DNA of 63,953 nucleotides, filler included, from Octopus bimaculoides (taxonomy: Eukaryota): assembly GCF_001194135.2 (NCBI RefSeq). It is 6 parts of 6 records of this genome, joined end to end, with 100 filler letters (N's around TTAATTAATTAA, not from the genome) between each part and the next. Parts side by side here need not be neighbours in the genome. Positions count along the whole stretch, not along the records: positions 22,929 to 47,721 come from NC_068990.1; 5 more parts are not named here. One strand, 5' to 3'. The notes under the pieces were generated by a model, which saw only the letters and a list, made by a program, of their open reading frames with translations, searched no databases and was not told the DNA's origin. The position numbers and the translations under genes were made by a program. Below are positions 25,641-38,595 of this stretch, piece after piece (the stretch's first letter is position 1; each line of letters begins with the position of its first letter).

Positions 25641-26641
25641 CTTTCTTCTATAGGCACCGGCCTGAAATTTTAGGGTAGAGAATTAATCGATTAGATCGAT
25701 CTCCAGTGTGCAACTGGTATTTATTTCGGTACTTTTTGGTTATCTCACCCCCATTAAAAAATTGGGTTATCTCCCCCAATTAAAAAAAAAATTGTTTAAT
25801 CCTCAATAAAACAAAAACAAAACTGAAAAAATTAATAAACATGAAAATTGAAATGATTAATAAGCATAAAATCTGAAAAAATTATGAAAACTGAAAAAAT
25901 TAATAAACATGAAAACAGAAAAAATATATACATGAAAATTGAAAAAAATTAATAAACATGAAAACTGAAAAAATAAATATAAACATGAAAACTGAAAAAT
26001 TTATGAACTGAAAATTAATAAACTGAATAAATTAATAAACTGGAAAAATTAATAAAATTAATAAATAATAAACTGAAAAAACAAATAAATAATTGATAAA
26101 AGTTAATAAAATTAATAAACTGAAAAAATTAATGAAAATTAATTAAATATCTTATTGAATTTAGTAACATTTTTATAACAAATCATACCATGAGGAGACC
26201 AAACGTCAACGATGTGTCGAAGTATTGAATCAAAAGGATCTAATACTTTTTTAATTCAATCTCTTGTCGCCACATAAACTCCATTTTTTAGGGGTGAGAT
26301 AAACAAATAGTAGTAAATTACTATTTTTAAAACTCACAACGAGAGATATTCAGCAGCAGTTCTTGTTCGAAAATATAAGGACACAGATCGTGTCGTACAG
26401 CCAGCTGGGGACGATGTCTCCTGGGGCTAAATTACAGCAATATTCGTCCTAAACCAGGACTACCATGTTATGTTGGCAAAAAATCTTTACTCCAACCAAA
26501 ATGTACCTTTATTTCATCGACCCCGAGGGGATGAAAGGTAAAGCCGACCTCGGCAAAATTTGAATCCAAAACGTAGAGACGGACGAAATGCCGCTAAACG
26601 TTTTGTTCGGCGTGCTAACGAATCCGCCAGTTCGTCGCCTT
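25641..26641 (-). mobile_element. SINE family A copy split by a nested DNA transposon
   Basis: SINE sequence runs 25641-25727 and resumes at 26508-26641, with TTTATTTC duplicated at the breakpoint. Confidence 0.8.
25728..26507 (-). mobile_element. Internally deleted Merlin (IS1016/ISXO2-like) DNA transposon
   Basis: 14-bp TIRs GGTACTTTTTGGTT and the reverse complement of AACCAAAATGTACC (1 mismatch), starting GG. 8-bp TSD TTTATTTC at 25720-25727 and 26508-26515. Minus strand ~26284-26193 encodes MEFMWRQEIELK, then after a frameshift LDPFDSILRHIVDVWSP, matching the Merlin transposase C-terminus (EFMWR...DPF..(I/L)L..I). Internal A-rich tandem repeat at ~25800-26150. Confidence 0.75.
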
Positions 26642-27334
26642 AAATAAAATAGATTGATAATAAAATTCAAAACTCATTGGAAAAGTAAAAGTTTATTCAC
26701 AAGGAACGCTTAACATATGGCTCTGTGGTATTTGGATTGGAGAGCGGCAAAACTATATTTCTTAGTTGTAAATACGGGAATCCTATTAAAAAAAAAAAAT
26801 AACACATATTACGCACAAAGTTTGACACCCAAGAATTTGGAGACCCCTACCAAAGAGATGATAGGGGCTCTTGAACATTCAGGGAGCAATGTACGAAGGC
26901 AGTCGTTAGTTTTACCTTCTATTTTTCTAACTCTTTACTACGTAACCTTTGTTAGTTATGATAAAAAGAAGACTTACATACCGATTACATCTGCCGTATC
27001 AAACTTCTCACATGAAACTGGTTTAGAGATCGAACTGCTACAGTATGAGCGTGAAGCAGCTGCAACAACTGAGATTATATAGGTCAAGCATTGTGAATAC
27101 TAACAGAATATAGGTCAACTGTTGCGAACAATCACATGTCTTTTGTAAGTTAGTATTGTCTCGAGTCCTAAGACTCATAAGTGGCTCCTCCATATATAAA
27201 TATAAAGCTATCTCTGTCCTGGATGTACAAATCATGCCTTAGTGGCCGGGCGACACAGTATTTGCAATAAGGCTATTGCCTCTACATAAAATGAAAAGAA
27301 TATCCACGACTCCTCGATGCTATTACCATTACGC

Positions 27335-27410
27335 CATATGGCGTAGTGGTTAAGAGCGCTGGCTACTAACCCCAAGATTCCGAGTTCGATTCCAGGCAGT
27401 GACCTGAATA
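27335..27410 (+). mobile_element. tRNA-derived head of SINE family D
   Basis: CATATGGCGTAGTGGTTAAGAGCGCTGGCTACTAACCCCAAGATTCCGAGTTCGATTCCAGGCAGTGACCTGAATA then (AAC)n(AAT)n. A-box and B-box (GAGTTCGATTCC) are recognisable. Confidence 0.8.
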
Positions 27411-27435
27411 ACAACAACAACAATAATAATAATAA

Positions 27436-27745
27436 TAATAATACTTTATCTTGCCTGTCCAAAACAACAATATCCGGCCTGTTATGCATACACTTCACAG
27501 ATGCTTTGATGGTAACGTTCCACCAGTGTTCATTGTGCTGATATTTGTGTTCATATTCAATAATAAGGATTCTCTATATTTATTCCAGGACTGTCTTTTG
27601 TCCGGAGTGGTATTGTATATTGTTTTTGCGACATCATCATCTCGCATAGGGAGGTATTACCTTTATGGCATTTTTAGGCAATTGCTAATTACATATGTGA
27701 TGTCTTCCACGGAAATACGACATAATCAACCGTGATCTACATTTT
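27436..27745 (-). mobile_element. Decayed RLE non-LTR fragment (zinc knuckle plus start of restriction-like endonuclease)
   Basis: Minus strand, with stops and frameshifts: KCR...VEDITYVISNC.KM...YLPMRDDDVAKTIYN...EHWWNVTIKASVKCMHNRPDIVVLDRQDK (CCHC-knuckle/RHD region and PD motif). Confidence 0.75.
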
Positions 27746-27756
27746 AGATTGCATCT

Positions 27757-27790
<34 letters not shown>

Positions 27791-28185
27791 TGTATGAATG
27801 TATGTATGTATGCCCTGTCTCCTCGGTTATTTTGTCACTGGTTCAAGAAGTCAGAGACGAGACTGTAAAGTTACTGATCCGACATCGTTCTTCCTCGAAC
27901 TTCTTCCAACTTCAAACAGACGGCGGGCCTGTTGTTACGGCGGCTGGGGCGTCACGTGTGCCTACGAAATCGAAATAACACAATTTCCGTTGTTTCACCG
28001 CAGTACGGAAGTTGTACTATTGCTAGGAGCAGTTATGAATCTCCCGTTGCTTACGCGGCTGCATCTTCCGTTCTTGTCGTGTCTTAGAGTGCAATCTAAA
28101 TCATCTTCGAAAACGAAAGACGGGAAACTATTACTATAAAATAAAAGCGGTATTAGATAACGATAGTATTGTTAATTCAGGGCGC

Positions 28186-28411
28186 AAGGCCGCGAGCTGG
28201 TAGAGTCGTTAGCCCGCCGGGCAAAATACTTGCTTTACGGCATACGCAAAATGCTTAGCGGTATCTCGTCCGTTCTGAGTTCCAATTCTGCTGAGGAACT
28301 TTGTCTTTCATCCTTTCAAGACCGATAGTGTAAAGTACCAGTAAAGTATGGATGAAATCAATCAGCGGAACTCTTCTAAAAGATTGCTGGCCTTGTACCT
28401 AAATTAGAAGG
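28186..28411 (+). mobile_element. SINE family A, diverged copy
   Basis: AAGGCCGCGAGCTGG...GAGTTCCAATTCTGCTGAGG...TTTCATCCTTTC...GGCCTTGTACCTAAATTAGAA. Confidence 0.7.
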
Positions 28412-28494
28412 ACTTATTATTTCAGGGCGTGACTATTCTGTTAGACACGAGTCCCGGTCTCAGCTACCTACGGCTAACTACACCTAATGAGAGC

Positions 28495-28618
28495 CCAAAA
28501 TTTCGGGCCCTGTGCCTAGAGTAGAAAAGAGTTGTTAGCACGCTGGACGAAATGCTTAGCGGTGTTTCGTCTGTCTTTACGTTCTGTGTTCAAATTTCGC
28601 CGAGGTCGACTTTTGCGT
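28495..28618 (+). mobile_element. Tail-to-head junction of two family A SINE fragments
   Basis: ...CCCTGTGCCTAGAGTAGAAAAGAGTT joins directly to GTTAGCACGCTGGACGAAATGCTTAGCGG...GTCGACTTT. Confidence 0.75.
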
Positions 28619-29633
28619 TTTATCTCAATTTGTGAACGAAACAGAGCAGATATCCGCTGTTTGAACTCGAACCAAATACCTATCGCTTTCCTGAGTGTGT
28701 GTAGCACCGAATACCTCACATTTAGCTTGCTTCTACTGCAGTTTCCATAAAAGCATCTAAAAGTGTCTGTTTTACGTACACTGTTGAATTCTAAAGCATA
28801 ACTACTCTCTCTGCTTCATAGGTAATTAGCTCAGACACTTAAAACTGCCTGGCGTCAGGTATCTGTCACGGCAAGTTACACACCAAAAAAAAAAAACGCA
28901 AATGCCCACACATACGCCCACATACACACCTGTACACACACACAGATCGAGAACCCGAATGTAGAGTGAGGTACGAGCAAATAAAAGTTTTTATCGTCCA
29001 TATATTTGCAGAAGACAGTAGACTTCAATGAGATACTTTTGCGATTCGTTCGCTTAAAACCCTTGCAACAGAACAAAACAGATTCAGCGTATCACAAAAT
29101 TCATTCCACCTCGCTGACGACTGCATTCTTGCGTGAAACCCTAAGATCCCACGTTGTGTGAAGAAATGTTTCTGCTTATATCATCATTTTTCGGATCTAT
29201 GTTTAACTACGTATATTGAGCCTCTACTACTTAGAATAAAGAGCTCGACGTAAAGATCTGAATGTTAATATCTTTAATCTTTATTCGCGAGTCTAACGAA
29301 ATGTATTCTGTTGAACCCACGGCTTGGCATTAGACATCTTTAAACCGACATCTAGACATATGTACACTTGTCAATAAATTTATACATTCAGATATGTATA
29401 CATATTAATATATACTCGCATATAAACACAAACATGCGCACATATACATAAGCACACACATGCATGTGTGTGTGCGTGTATGCATGATATATATATATAT
29501 ATATATTCACACACACATGTATCCACGCATACATACAGAACCAACAAAAATACACACATACACCCACTCATACATACACATGCATACGCGAACTTAGACA
29601 CATTCAAACTTTCAAATATACACACAAACATAC

Positions 29634-29664
<31 letters not shown>

Positions 29665-29674
29665 NNNNNNNNNN

Positions 29675-29738
<64 letters not shown>

Positions 29739-30200
29739 GCGTACTTACTCGTGTACTTATACGAACATACGTACGTTAGAACATGCACACAAGCACATGC
29801 ATGTACACATCCACACATCCACACATATACACACATATATATACATATAAATACATAGCATTCATTACAAAACGCACGCACATATACCGTGAATATACAT
29901 GGTATTCTCATTATAGACAATTATATTCAGACAGTCGGTTCTGCAACAGTTACTAAGCACTAAATATATAAGTTTTCCAGACTTCTAGCTCCTTCGACGC
30001 AAAGGTAGACTTTTCTCCTGATGCTCCTGGTCTGCCTCTACCACAGTCCTGTCTACCAAACACCTTCCTTTTTTCTTTTTCTTGCTTTTCTTTTGTTCTT
30101 TTTCATGTTTAATATCTCATCACACGCCATGGATTCTTCTTAATGTAGGTTAAACAGTTCTCTAGTTGACTAGTCTTATATAAACACGTACTTGCTTGTA

Positions 30201-30243
<43 letters not shown>

Positions 30244-31162
30244 NNNNNNNNNNNNNNNNNNNNNNNNNNNNNNNNNNNNNNNNNNNNNNNNNNNNNNNNN
30301 NNNNNNNNNNNNNNNNNNNNNNNNNNNNNNNNNNNNNNNNNNNNNNNNNNNNNNNNNNNNNNNNNNNNNNNNNNNNNNNNNNNNNNNNNNNNNNNNNNNN
30401 NNNNNNNNNNNNNNNNNNNNNNNNNNNNNNNNNNNNNNNNNNNNNNNNNNNNNNNNNNNNNNNNNNNNNNNNNNNNNNNNNNNNNNNNNNNNNNNNNNNN
30501 NNNNNNNNNNNNNNNNNNNNNNNNNNNNNNNNNNNNNNNNNNNNNNNNNNNNNNNNNNNNNNNNNNNNNNNNNNNNNNNACGATCGTACTGCATTAACTT
30601 TGGATATGCTTGTTGCTTATTTTGATTTTATATGTATGTATATATACATATACATACTTATATGAATATGTGTGTATGTATGTATCTGTGTATGCAACAG
30701 TTATATATTGTATTTCAAATACGAACATATAATGTGTTATCTCTGAGTATTTTAAAAATTGAATGAAATGACTTTGATCTTGGGTCCATGAGGATTGATT
30801 TCAGACTAAACACCCACAACAATACAATTAGTAAGAACAATAAAAATAGTATGACATCAACAATACACGCCACCCACGGGCACTGACATTGAAACCTATG
30901 AAACTCCTAACGCCAACACCACCATCCCACGAACTTTTGGCTCCAACTGGCTACAAGTGACATCAGCGTCTACGGCCAGACATGTGGGGGCATGTGCTTG
31001 TGTGTGTGCGTGTGTGTTCGATTCTGTATGCGAGTGTGTGTGTGTATGAGTGATTATGTATGAGTTGATTATGTTGTGTGTGTACGATTCTGTGTGTGTG
31101 TATGAGTGATTGTGCATGAGTGCGTGCGTGTGTGTTTGTGTGTATGCCTGTGTGTGCATGTG

Positions 31163-31195
<33 letters not shown>

Positions 31196-31584
31196 CTGTG
31201 TATGTACAAGTCTGTGCGCGAGTTTGTATGAGTGCGTGTGCGTGTGTGTGTGCGTGCGTGTGTGTGTGTGTCTATGCGCGCGCGTGTGTGTTTGTTTAGT
31301 CAAAAGTGCAAGGGGCGAATTGCCAATAAAATTCGCTGAGCCTTCAGTCAACTGTAACCATGCAGTATTTTCTCTTCCTCACCCCTTCACCTTTTTATCT
31401 CATTTTCATTATTACATCCACAGAAATAAGAATTTTCTGCTCCGACAAAGCAAATCTTTGCTGAGACATTTTTTTTTTTTTTTTTTTTTTTNNNNNNNNN
31501 NNNNNNNNNNNNNNNTTTTTTTTTACTACATATTTGCTGTTGATAATTAATCGGCGCTGCTGTTGGATTTGTCTTCAATTTAAG

Positions 31585-32153
31585 ATGTCTGGAAAGAAAC
31601 TATAAAGTAAAACCGGAGGCAGTAGTGCGGAAAGGGACCGTGAAGGGATTACCCTGGACATTAAACTTGATGTTTTAAAAAGTCTTGATGCGGAACTAAA
31701 ACTTAATTTGCCAAAACATTTAATTTTGCAACATCTACAGCAGGAACAATACGTGCCAACAGATAGAAAACTCTAGCAAGCGGTCAAGAAGCTGCTTCGT
31801 TAACAGTCCAGAATTTAATTTTACCATAGATCTAGCGTAAAGCTTAAAATGGAATAATTTCTGAGTGTACGGAATATAGGATCAGAATCGGGTAATGTGC
31901 CGATAAACATGGTGGAGATTCAAAAGAGAGCCAAAAGTCGATTTGCGGAATAAGGAAGATAAAGCTTCTAATGGAAAACTCTTCTTTCTCTAGTAAAGGC
32001 TGGTTTGAAAGGGTTAAGTAGAGCATGAATTTGCGCAACATACAAATGACCCGTGAAACTGCGAGGGCTGATTCAGACTCTGCTATTAATTATCCGGAGC
32101 AGTTGAAAAAAAAAATGAATGCTGAAGGCCGCTACGCACCAGAGCAAGTATAC
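31585..32153 (+). pseudogene. Tigger/pogo-family transposase relic (CENP-B-type HTH region)
   Basis: From ATG 31585, with stops and frameshifts: ITLDIKLDVLK.LDA...FATSTAGTIRAN...QDQNR.NVPINMVEIQKRAKS.F...SKGWFERVK...NLRNIQMTRETARAD...YPEQLKK.M.AEGRYAPEQVY. Matches Tigger motifs (S.GWF.RFK, L.NI...GE.ASAD, Y.PEQVFN). Confidence 0.85.
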
Positions 32154-32468
32154 AAGTATATATGTAAATACATATATTTACATATATGTATGCGTATGAA
32201 TTTTTGCGTGTATGAGTATATATTTATGTTTGTGAGTTCCTTATATTTTTGGCTCTATCCACTTGACAACGGCGACAATAGTGCGTGTTAAAAGCAATGA
32301 TATGAATATAATATCAACCCATACGTAAACGAAAGCCGAAGCAGTTTCTCTCAGTCCGGTGACAGAGAGATTTTGTTACGCCAGCAACCTGATACGACTT
32401 ACTTCGTTCAATAAGGTTTCTCTGTTGTTTTTTGTCTTTTCAACTACAAGTTAACCCGAATCAATAAA

Positions 32469-32783
32469 TGTGCGTGGCTTAGTGGTTAGCGTTTCGGCTT
32501 ACGATTGTAAGGTTGTGAGTTCCATTTCCGGTGGCGCGTTGTGTCCTTGAGCAAGACACTTTATTTCATGTCGCTCCAGTTCACTCGGCTGGTAAAAATG
32601 AGTTGTACCTGTATTTCAAAGGGACAGCCTTGTCACACTTTGTGCCATGCTGCATCTCGCTGAGAAATACGTTAAGGGTACACTTGTCTATGAAGTCCCG
32701 TTCAGTGCCGTTAATTTCACGAGCAGGCTGTTCTAATTATCGGATCAACTGGAACACGCGTCGTCGTAACCGACGAAGTGCCA
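32469..32783 (+). mobile_element. SINE family C variant: different tRNA-like head plus GTGTCCTTGAGCAAGACACTT segment, same body and RTE-like tail
   Basis: Head GTGGCTTAGTGGTTAGC...GTGAGTTCCATTTCC. From 32603 alignable to 15507-15770 and 46919-47276, ending GTCGTAACCGACGAAGTGCCA. Confidence 0.75.
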
Positions 32784-33728
32784 GTAACTCAAAGCAAAAG
32801 CACTTATATTCAAAGACATCGATGTCATGTCCATCCCATATCGTTTCTGGTACAGTTTGTCTCCAACTATATGCTACTCCGCCTATTTCGCTCTCTCTCT
32901 CTCTCTCNNNNNNNNNNNNNNNNNNNNNNNNNNNNNNNNNNNNNNNNNNNNNNNNNNNNNNNNNNNNNNNNNNNNNNNNNNNNNNNNNNNNNNNNNNNNN
33001 NNNNNNNNNNNNNNNNNNNNNNNNNNNNNNNNNNNNNNNNNNNNNNNNNNNNNNNNNNNNNNNNNNNNNNNNNNNNNNNNNNNNNNNNNNNNNNNNNNNN
33101 NNNNNNNNNNNNNNNNNNNNNNNNNNNNNNNNNNNNNNNNNNNNNNNNNNNNNNNNNNNNNNNNNNNNNNNNNNNNNNNNNNNNNNNNNNNNNNNNNNNN
33201 NNNNNNNNNNNNNNNNNNNNNNNNNNNNNNNNNNNNNNNNNNNNNNNNNNNNNNNNNNNNNNNNNNNNNNNNNNNNNNNNNNNNNNNNNNNNNNNNNNNN
33301 NNNNNNNNNNNNNNNNNNNNNNNNNNNNNNNNNNNNNNNNNNNNNNNNNNNNNNNNNNNNNNNNNNNNNNNNNNNNNNNNNNNNNNNNNNNNNNNNNNNN
33401 NNNNNNNNNNNNNNNNNNNNNNNNNNNNNNNNNNNNNNNNNNNNNNNNNNNNNNNNNNNNNNNNNNNNNNNNNNNNNNNNNNNNNNNNNNNNNNNNNNNN
33501 NNNNNNNNNNNNNNNNNNNNNNNNNNNNNNNNNNNNNNNNNNNNNNNNNNNNNNNNNNNNNNNNNNNNNNNNNNNCTCTCTCTCTCTCCATGTTTTTCTA
33601 TCCTCATCTGTTCTTTCTATAGAGGAGCGTAGAATCGAAACGGAAAACACTTTCGCAGAGTTTCCTGGGCGTCTACCGTATACATCCTTCTTTTATCTCG
33701 TCTTCGTGATTTCTTTTATTTTTTTACC

Positions 33729-33781
<53 letters not shown>

Positions 33782-33953
33782 ACTGAGATTATTTGGCTTA
33801 GCCTTAAAGGGGCCAGCTGTAACATTGACCATTCACTGGACTCTTACTGTAAACCCTACACGAAAATCCTACCTTTGCGTGGACTTAGGGAACGGTCATT
33901 AATATTTTTTATACACTTTTTATTATCATCATCAATAGCAGCAGCAGCAACAT

Positions 33954-33954
<1 letters not shown>

Positions 33955-34017
<63 letters not shown>
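33955..34017. repeat. (AGT)n microsatellite
   Basis: Directly visible. Confidence 0.95.
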
Positions 34018-34040
34018 TACACAACTGAATCTATATTTTT

Positions 34041-34463
34041 TTCTACTCTAGGCACAATGCCCAAAATTCTGGGGGAGGGAGCCAGTTGATTAGATCAACC
34101 CCTGTACGCAACTGGTACGTAATTTATCGACCCTCGTAAGGATAAAAGGTAAAGTCGACTTCGACGGAATTTGAACTCAGAACGTAAAAACAAACGAAAT
34201 ACCGCTAAGCATTTCGCCCGTCGTGCTAACGTTTCTTATTTCTTTATTGCCCACAAGGGGCTACACACAGAGGGGACAAACAAGGACAGACAAACGGATT
34301 AAGTCGATTATAACGACCCCAGTGCGTAACTGGTACTTATTTAATTGACCCCGAAAGGATGAAAGGCAAAGTCGACCTCGGCGGAATTTGAACTCAGAAC
34401 GACAGACGAAATACCGCTAAGCATTTCTCCCGGCGTGCTAACGTTTCCGCCAGCTCGCCGCCT
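34041..34463 (-). mobile_element. Dimeric family A SINE
   Basis: Minus strand: a full monomer with tail ...CCCCTTGTGGGCAATAAAGAAATAAG fused to AAACGTTAGCACG... of a second monomer ending GTGCCTAGAGTAGAAAA. Confidence 0.85.
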
Positions 34464-34670
34464 CATAGTTGAACCTGTATTGCATTCATCCTTACGTAGT
34501 AACATATTACAACCTTGCATACACACATACATGCATACGCACACGCGCGCATGTTTGGCTTTTCCTTTCCATCTAATCGTACCCGCGATCGCCCATCCAC
34601 CAACTAAACTGTTTTCATTTTGCCATCAATCATTTTGCAGTCCAGGTCGAGGTTGGAACAGTGTAGACAT

Positions 34671-34702
<32 letters not shown>

Positions 34703-34789
34703 CGCTTAAAGATACAAACACACACACACACACACACACATGCATATATATATATATACATATATGTATTTATATGTGTATTATGTACG

Positions 34790-34824
<35 letters not shown>

Positions 34825-34829
34825 TTATA

Positions 34830-34888
<59 letters not shown>

Positions 34889-35750
34889 TTATGTATGTAT
34901 ATATATGTATATATGTATAGATATGTATAGATATATATAATATATATAATATATATATATGTATCGATATACATATATATATACATATATATACATATAT
35001 ATATGTGTGTGTGTGTGTATGTGTTTATATGTATGTATGTACGTATGTAGACACACACATACATACACTCACACACACACACACACATCTGACCGAGTTA
35101 TGGATATATTCTTCCTCGCTCAGCAACATGGCACGCATTTACGTTCATAGATGACAGGAACGTGCAGGAAACTCGACGATAATTTCAACTGTCAAAAAAA
35201 AAAGGAAATAAAAATATAAAAAATAAAACAAAAAGTAATAAATATAATAATAATAAAAAAAAAGACAAGCAGCGTAGTTTTCAGTATATAAGTGCAGAAA
35301 ACAACAACAACAAAGATTGAACAATGGAGCATGTAGCCACATGTGAAGCCAAACTAAGGAAAGACTTTGTATTGGAGACAAACTTGAATAATCTTAGCAG
35401 TTACTTACAACAAAGAAACTCTTAAGATTAATTTGAGTGAAGAATATAACATGTGACAGGTGTACTGGAGATATTTAAGTAGAGTACTTGCTTGGATCAC
35501 AAGAATGGGGTGGTTTGTAAAGAAGTTGGTCAAAGGTTTTAGTACTTGGTCACCAATGCTCTGAGTACAAGCTGGTCGGTTCGTATCGTTTCAGTTGAAG
35601 TGTTTAAAGAGTGCGAAGTGTGAAGAAATAAATAGGTTTAAATTGTTGATGGTTTAAAGTTTGGAAGGATTGTGAAGGAAGGGAAGTAGGCGGAGACGAA
35701 GCTTAAGTATGTAATATATACATAGAGTATACACGCACAGATACATATGT

Positions 35751-35785
<35 letters not shown>

Positions 35786-36181
35786 ACAAAGAGAGAGGGA
35801 AAGAGAAATTTATATAAATACAAACATGCATATGTATGTACATACACACACATGCACACACTTACACATGCATATGTAGAGAGGGAGAAATAAATAGATA
35901 GAGAGATAGAGAGATAGATATATGATAGAGAGATAGATAGGTAGAGAGAGGGGGGAGAGGGAGAAGCGAGAGAGGGAGAAAGAGATTGATATCCGTACAA
36001 AAATGCGTATGTACTTACACACACGCGTACGCAAACATGCACACACACATATGTAGAGAGAGAGAGAGAGAGAAATAGACAGATAAATATAAAGAGAGGG
36101 AGAGAGAGAAGGGAGAGAGATATTGATAGCCATACAAACATGCGTATGTACATACATGCACACGCATACACACGCAGACAC

Positions 36182-36216
<35 letters not shown>

Positions 36217-36227
36217 CNNNNNNNNNN

Positions 36228-36270
<43 letters not shown>

Positions 36271-37172
36271 TCCGATGCAGAGAGCAATTTTTCCTTTAAG
36301 ACGGAAAAACACACACACATTGTAGGTTCGACCAGCAGAAAACCGCCCGGAGGGTGCTATTTCTAGTACATCTAACGGTGAAGCAGAAAACCGTGTGCAC
36401 AGCTCTCTCTCCCCTTCCCATTTTGGAGTTAGTCGCATTTGCTACAAAACGATTGTTCTACCTTCTCTGTAAGCGGTGATATTTTCAGTAAATCAAGAAT
36501 TAATATTGTACTGTTTTCAATACAGCATTAATATACAACCATGCAACCGGGTGGTTGTATGGTTGTATATTAGCTGTTGGCTTTAATTTACTCAGCATAT
36601 GGCTAGACAATGACTAAGAGTATCAGTAAACATATAAATGAAAGGTAATATAAGAAAAAAATATAGAGAGATAAAGACGCAGGCATGGCTGGGTGTTTAG
36701 GAAGCTCGCTTTTGCAACCACGTGGATTTGGAGGGAAGAAAGAAAGAGAGCATTTATAACCGACATCACATGACCGGATGCTGAGAAAAACGCCGCCAAC
36801 AGAGACCATTGATGTCAACTTGCTGCCCAATGGGCTCCGCTGCACAGGAGGAAGTAGTGCTGGTACTTATACACGGGTGATGCAGATACGAACCGAAGTC
36901 ACGTCGGCTGGTTACACAACACCCTATCAATGCAGCCATCTGCGTCCGAATCATATTTTAGATGCTGTTAAATCTTGCCAAGCTCTAAAGTAATAAACTT
37001 TAGTGTGTGGAATGGATATCTTGACATTAATTCGACACTGAAGAACTAAGTGGGTAAAGAAATTAGATCAAATTTGACATGACAGATTTCCTAATGCAAT
37101 GTCGGCTTCTAGATTGAACGAGAAGGTTCTTAATGATAGAACGAAATCAGCAACCTACATGTATATGTATGC

Positions 37173-37233
<61 letters not shown>

Positions 37234-37959
37234 CATATATATATATACATATATATATACATACATATATATATATACATATATACATACGTATATATAT
37301 ATACACATATATACATATATATACACACACATATATATATATACATATATACGCACACATATCTATACACATATATATATATACATATATATAAATATAC
37401 ATATACATACACATACACACACACAAGCACACATACACAAGCACACACACACACACACACACACATGTACCCGAATTTTCACCTAAATCTTTTTATAACC
37501 TACACAGATTCTTTGCAACAATAAATGTAGATGGCTGCCAAGAAAAAAAAAAGGAACAAAGACAGAATAAAACAAGTAAAAAAAAAAACAAAGAAAAGAA
37601 AGCGGTAACGTGTAGGTGTGCATTAAACAACTTAAGCGTATCGGATACTAATGTTCTTTGATTGACGAGTAGCGATTCTGTTTTGTGCTACTGATGGGCG
37701 TGAGTCTAGTTATTACGGCTGCTTCTTCTAATTATGATCTGTATTTCTTCTCTACCTACGAAAATCTTGTTGGATATAAATGTAAAATATCTGGTAGAAG
37801 AACTGAAACATAATACATTGTTTTCAGCTACGTATTGTATCGGATTTAGTCAGAATTCTATCAAGCCTTATCTCTTTGTCGGTTTCGTTTATTATTCGTC
37901 TTCCTTTTTATTACATGTGTAGTTACGATTCAGCTAGACTACAAGATTACTTAGCATTC

Positions 37960-38330
37960 ACTTCATGTCTCACTTGGAACTATAAAACCCTATCCAAACT
38001 TTATAAATGCTCTGATAACGTTTCTTGGCGACCGCATATCTATAACATAGCTAAAATTGCATTGCAAAGGTCAGGCCTTCTTTCTTTCCTGTGCCAGAAG
38101 CAGTTCTGTTTTCAACAGCTGCTGACTCGATACAAAGACACACGCACGTCACACCCCAGAGTACTGCTTTACATACGTACTCAGGACTGTTCAACTGTTG
38201 CACACTAACTTTCTAGACAGCCTCCAAAAAGAAGATCAACGCACTGCGAGGCAAACCTTCGCTCACTGACACATCGCACCCACACGAGCATCGACGTGAT
38301 GTATTAACCCTCTATCTCTTCTAACACTAG
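37960..38330 (+). mobile_element. Decayed CR1/L2-like LINE fragment (C-terminal to RT)
   Basis: SWRPHIYNIAKIALQRSGLL (cf. LSW.PHI..I.K.A...LG.L), followed by SLQKKI-like and HRRDV-like remnants. Confidence 0.55.
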
Positions 38331-38558
38331 AATATCTCTTTCTCATCTCAGCTTATAAACTATGACCCCTCTATCTATCTATCTATCTATCTATCTACCT
38401 ACCTTTTTTTTTTTTTTTTCCCCTCCCAAAAAGAAAAGCTCTACATTGTATTTGTCCCATCTTCGTTGAGCCCTGTGTGGCTAATAAAAGAAATGTATCT
38501 ATCCATCCATCTACCTACCTACCTACCTACCTACCTACCTACCTACCTACCTACCTAC

Positions 38559-38594
<36 letters not shown>

Positions 38595-38595
<1 letters not shown>

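Noticed and set aside
26961-27281. Minus-strand exon-like interval with a good acceptor and a GTATGT donor
   Set aside because: All three frames contain stops; could be non-coding, but there is no independent support.
27335-27410. tRNA gene
   Set aside because: A- and B-boxes are present, but the acceptor stem is not closed and the sequence recurs as a repeat head followed by (AAT)n. It is a SINE head.
35400-35580. Possible RTE reverse-transcriptase remnant (EV..F.YL-like), and a possible endonuclease remnant at 40420-40600
   Set aside because: Only short, heavily degraded motif matches; not supportable without an HMM search.
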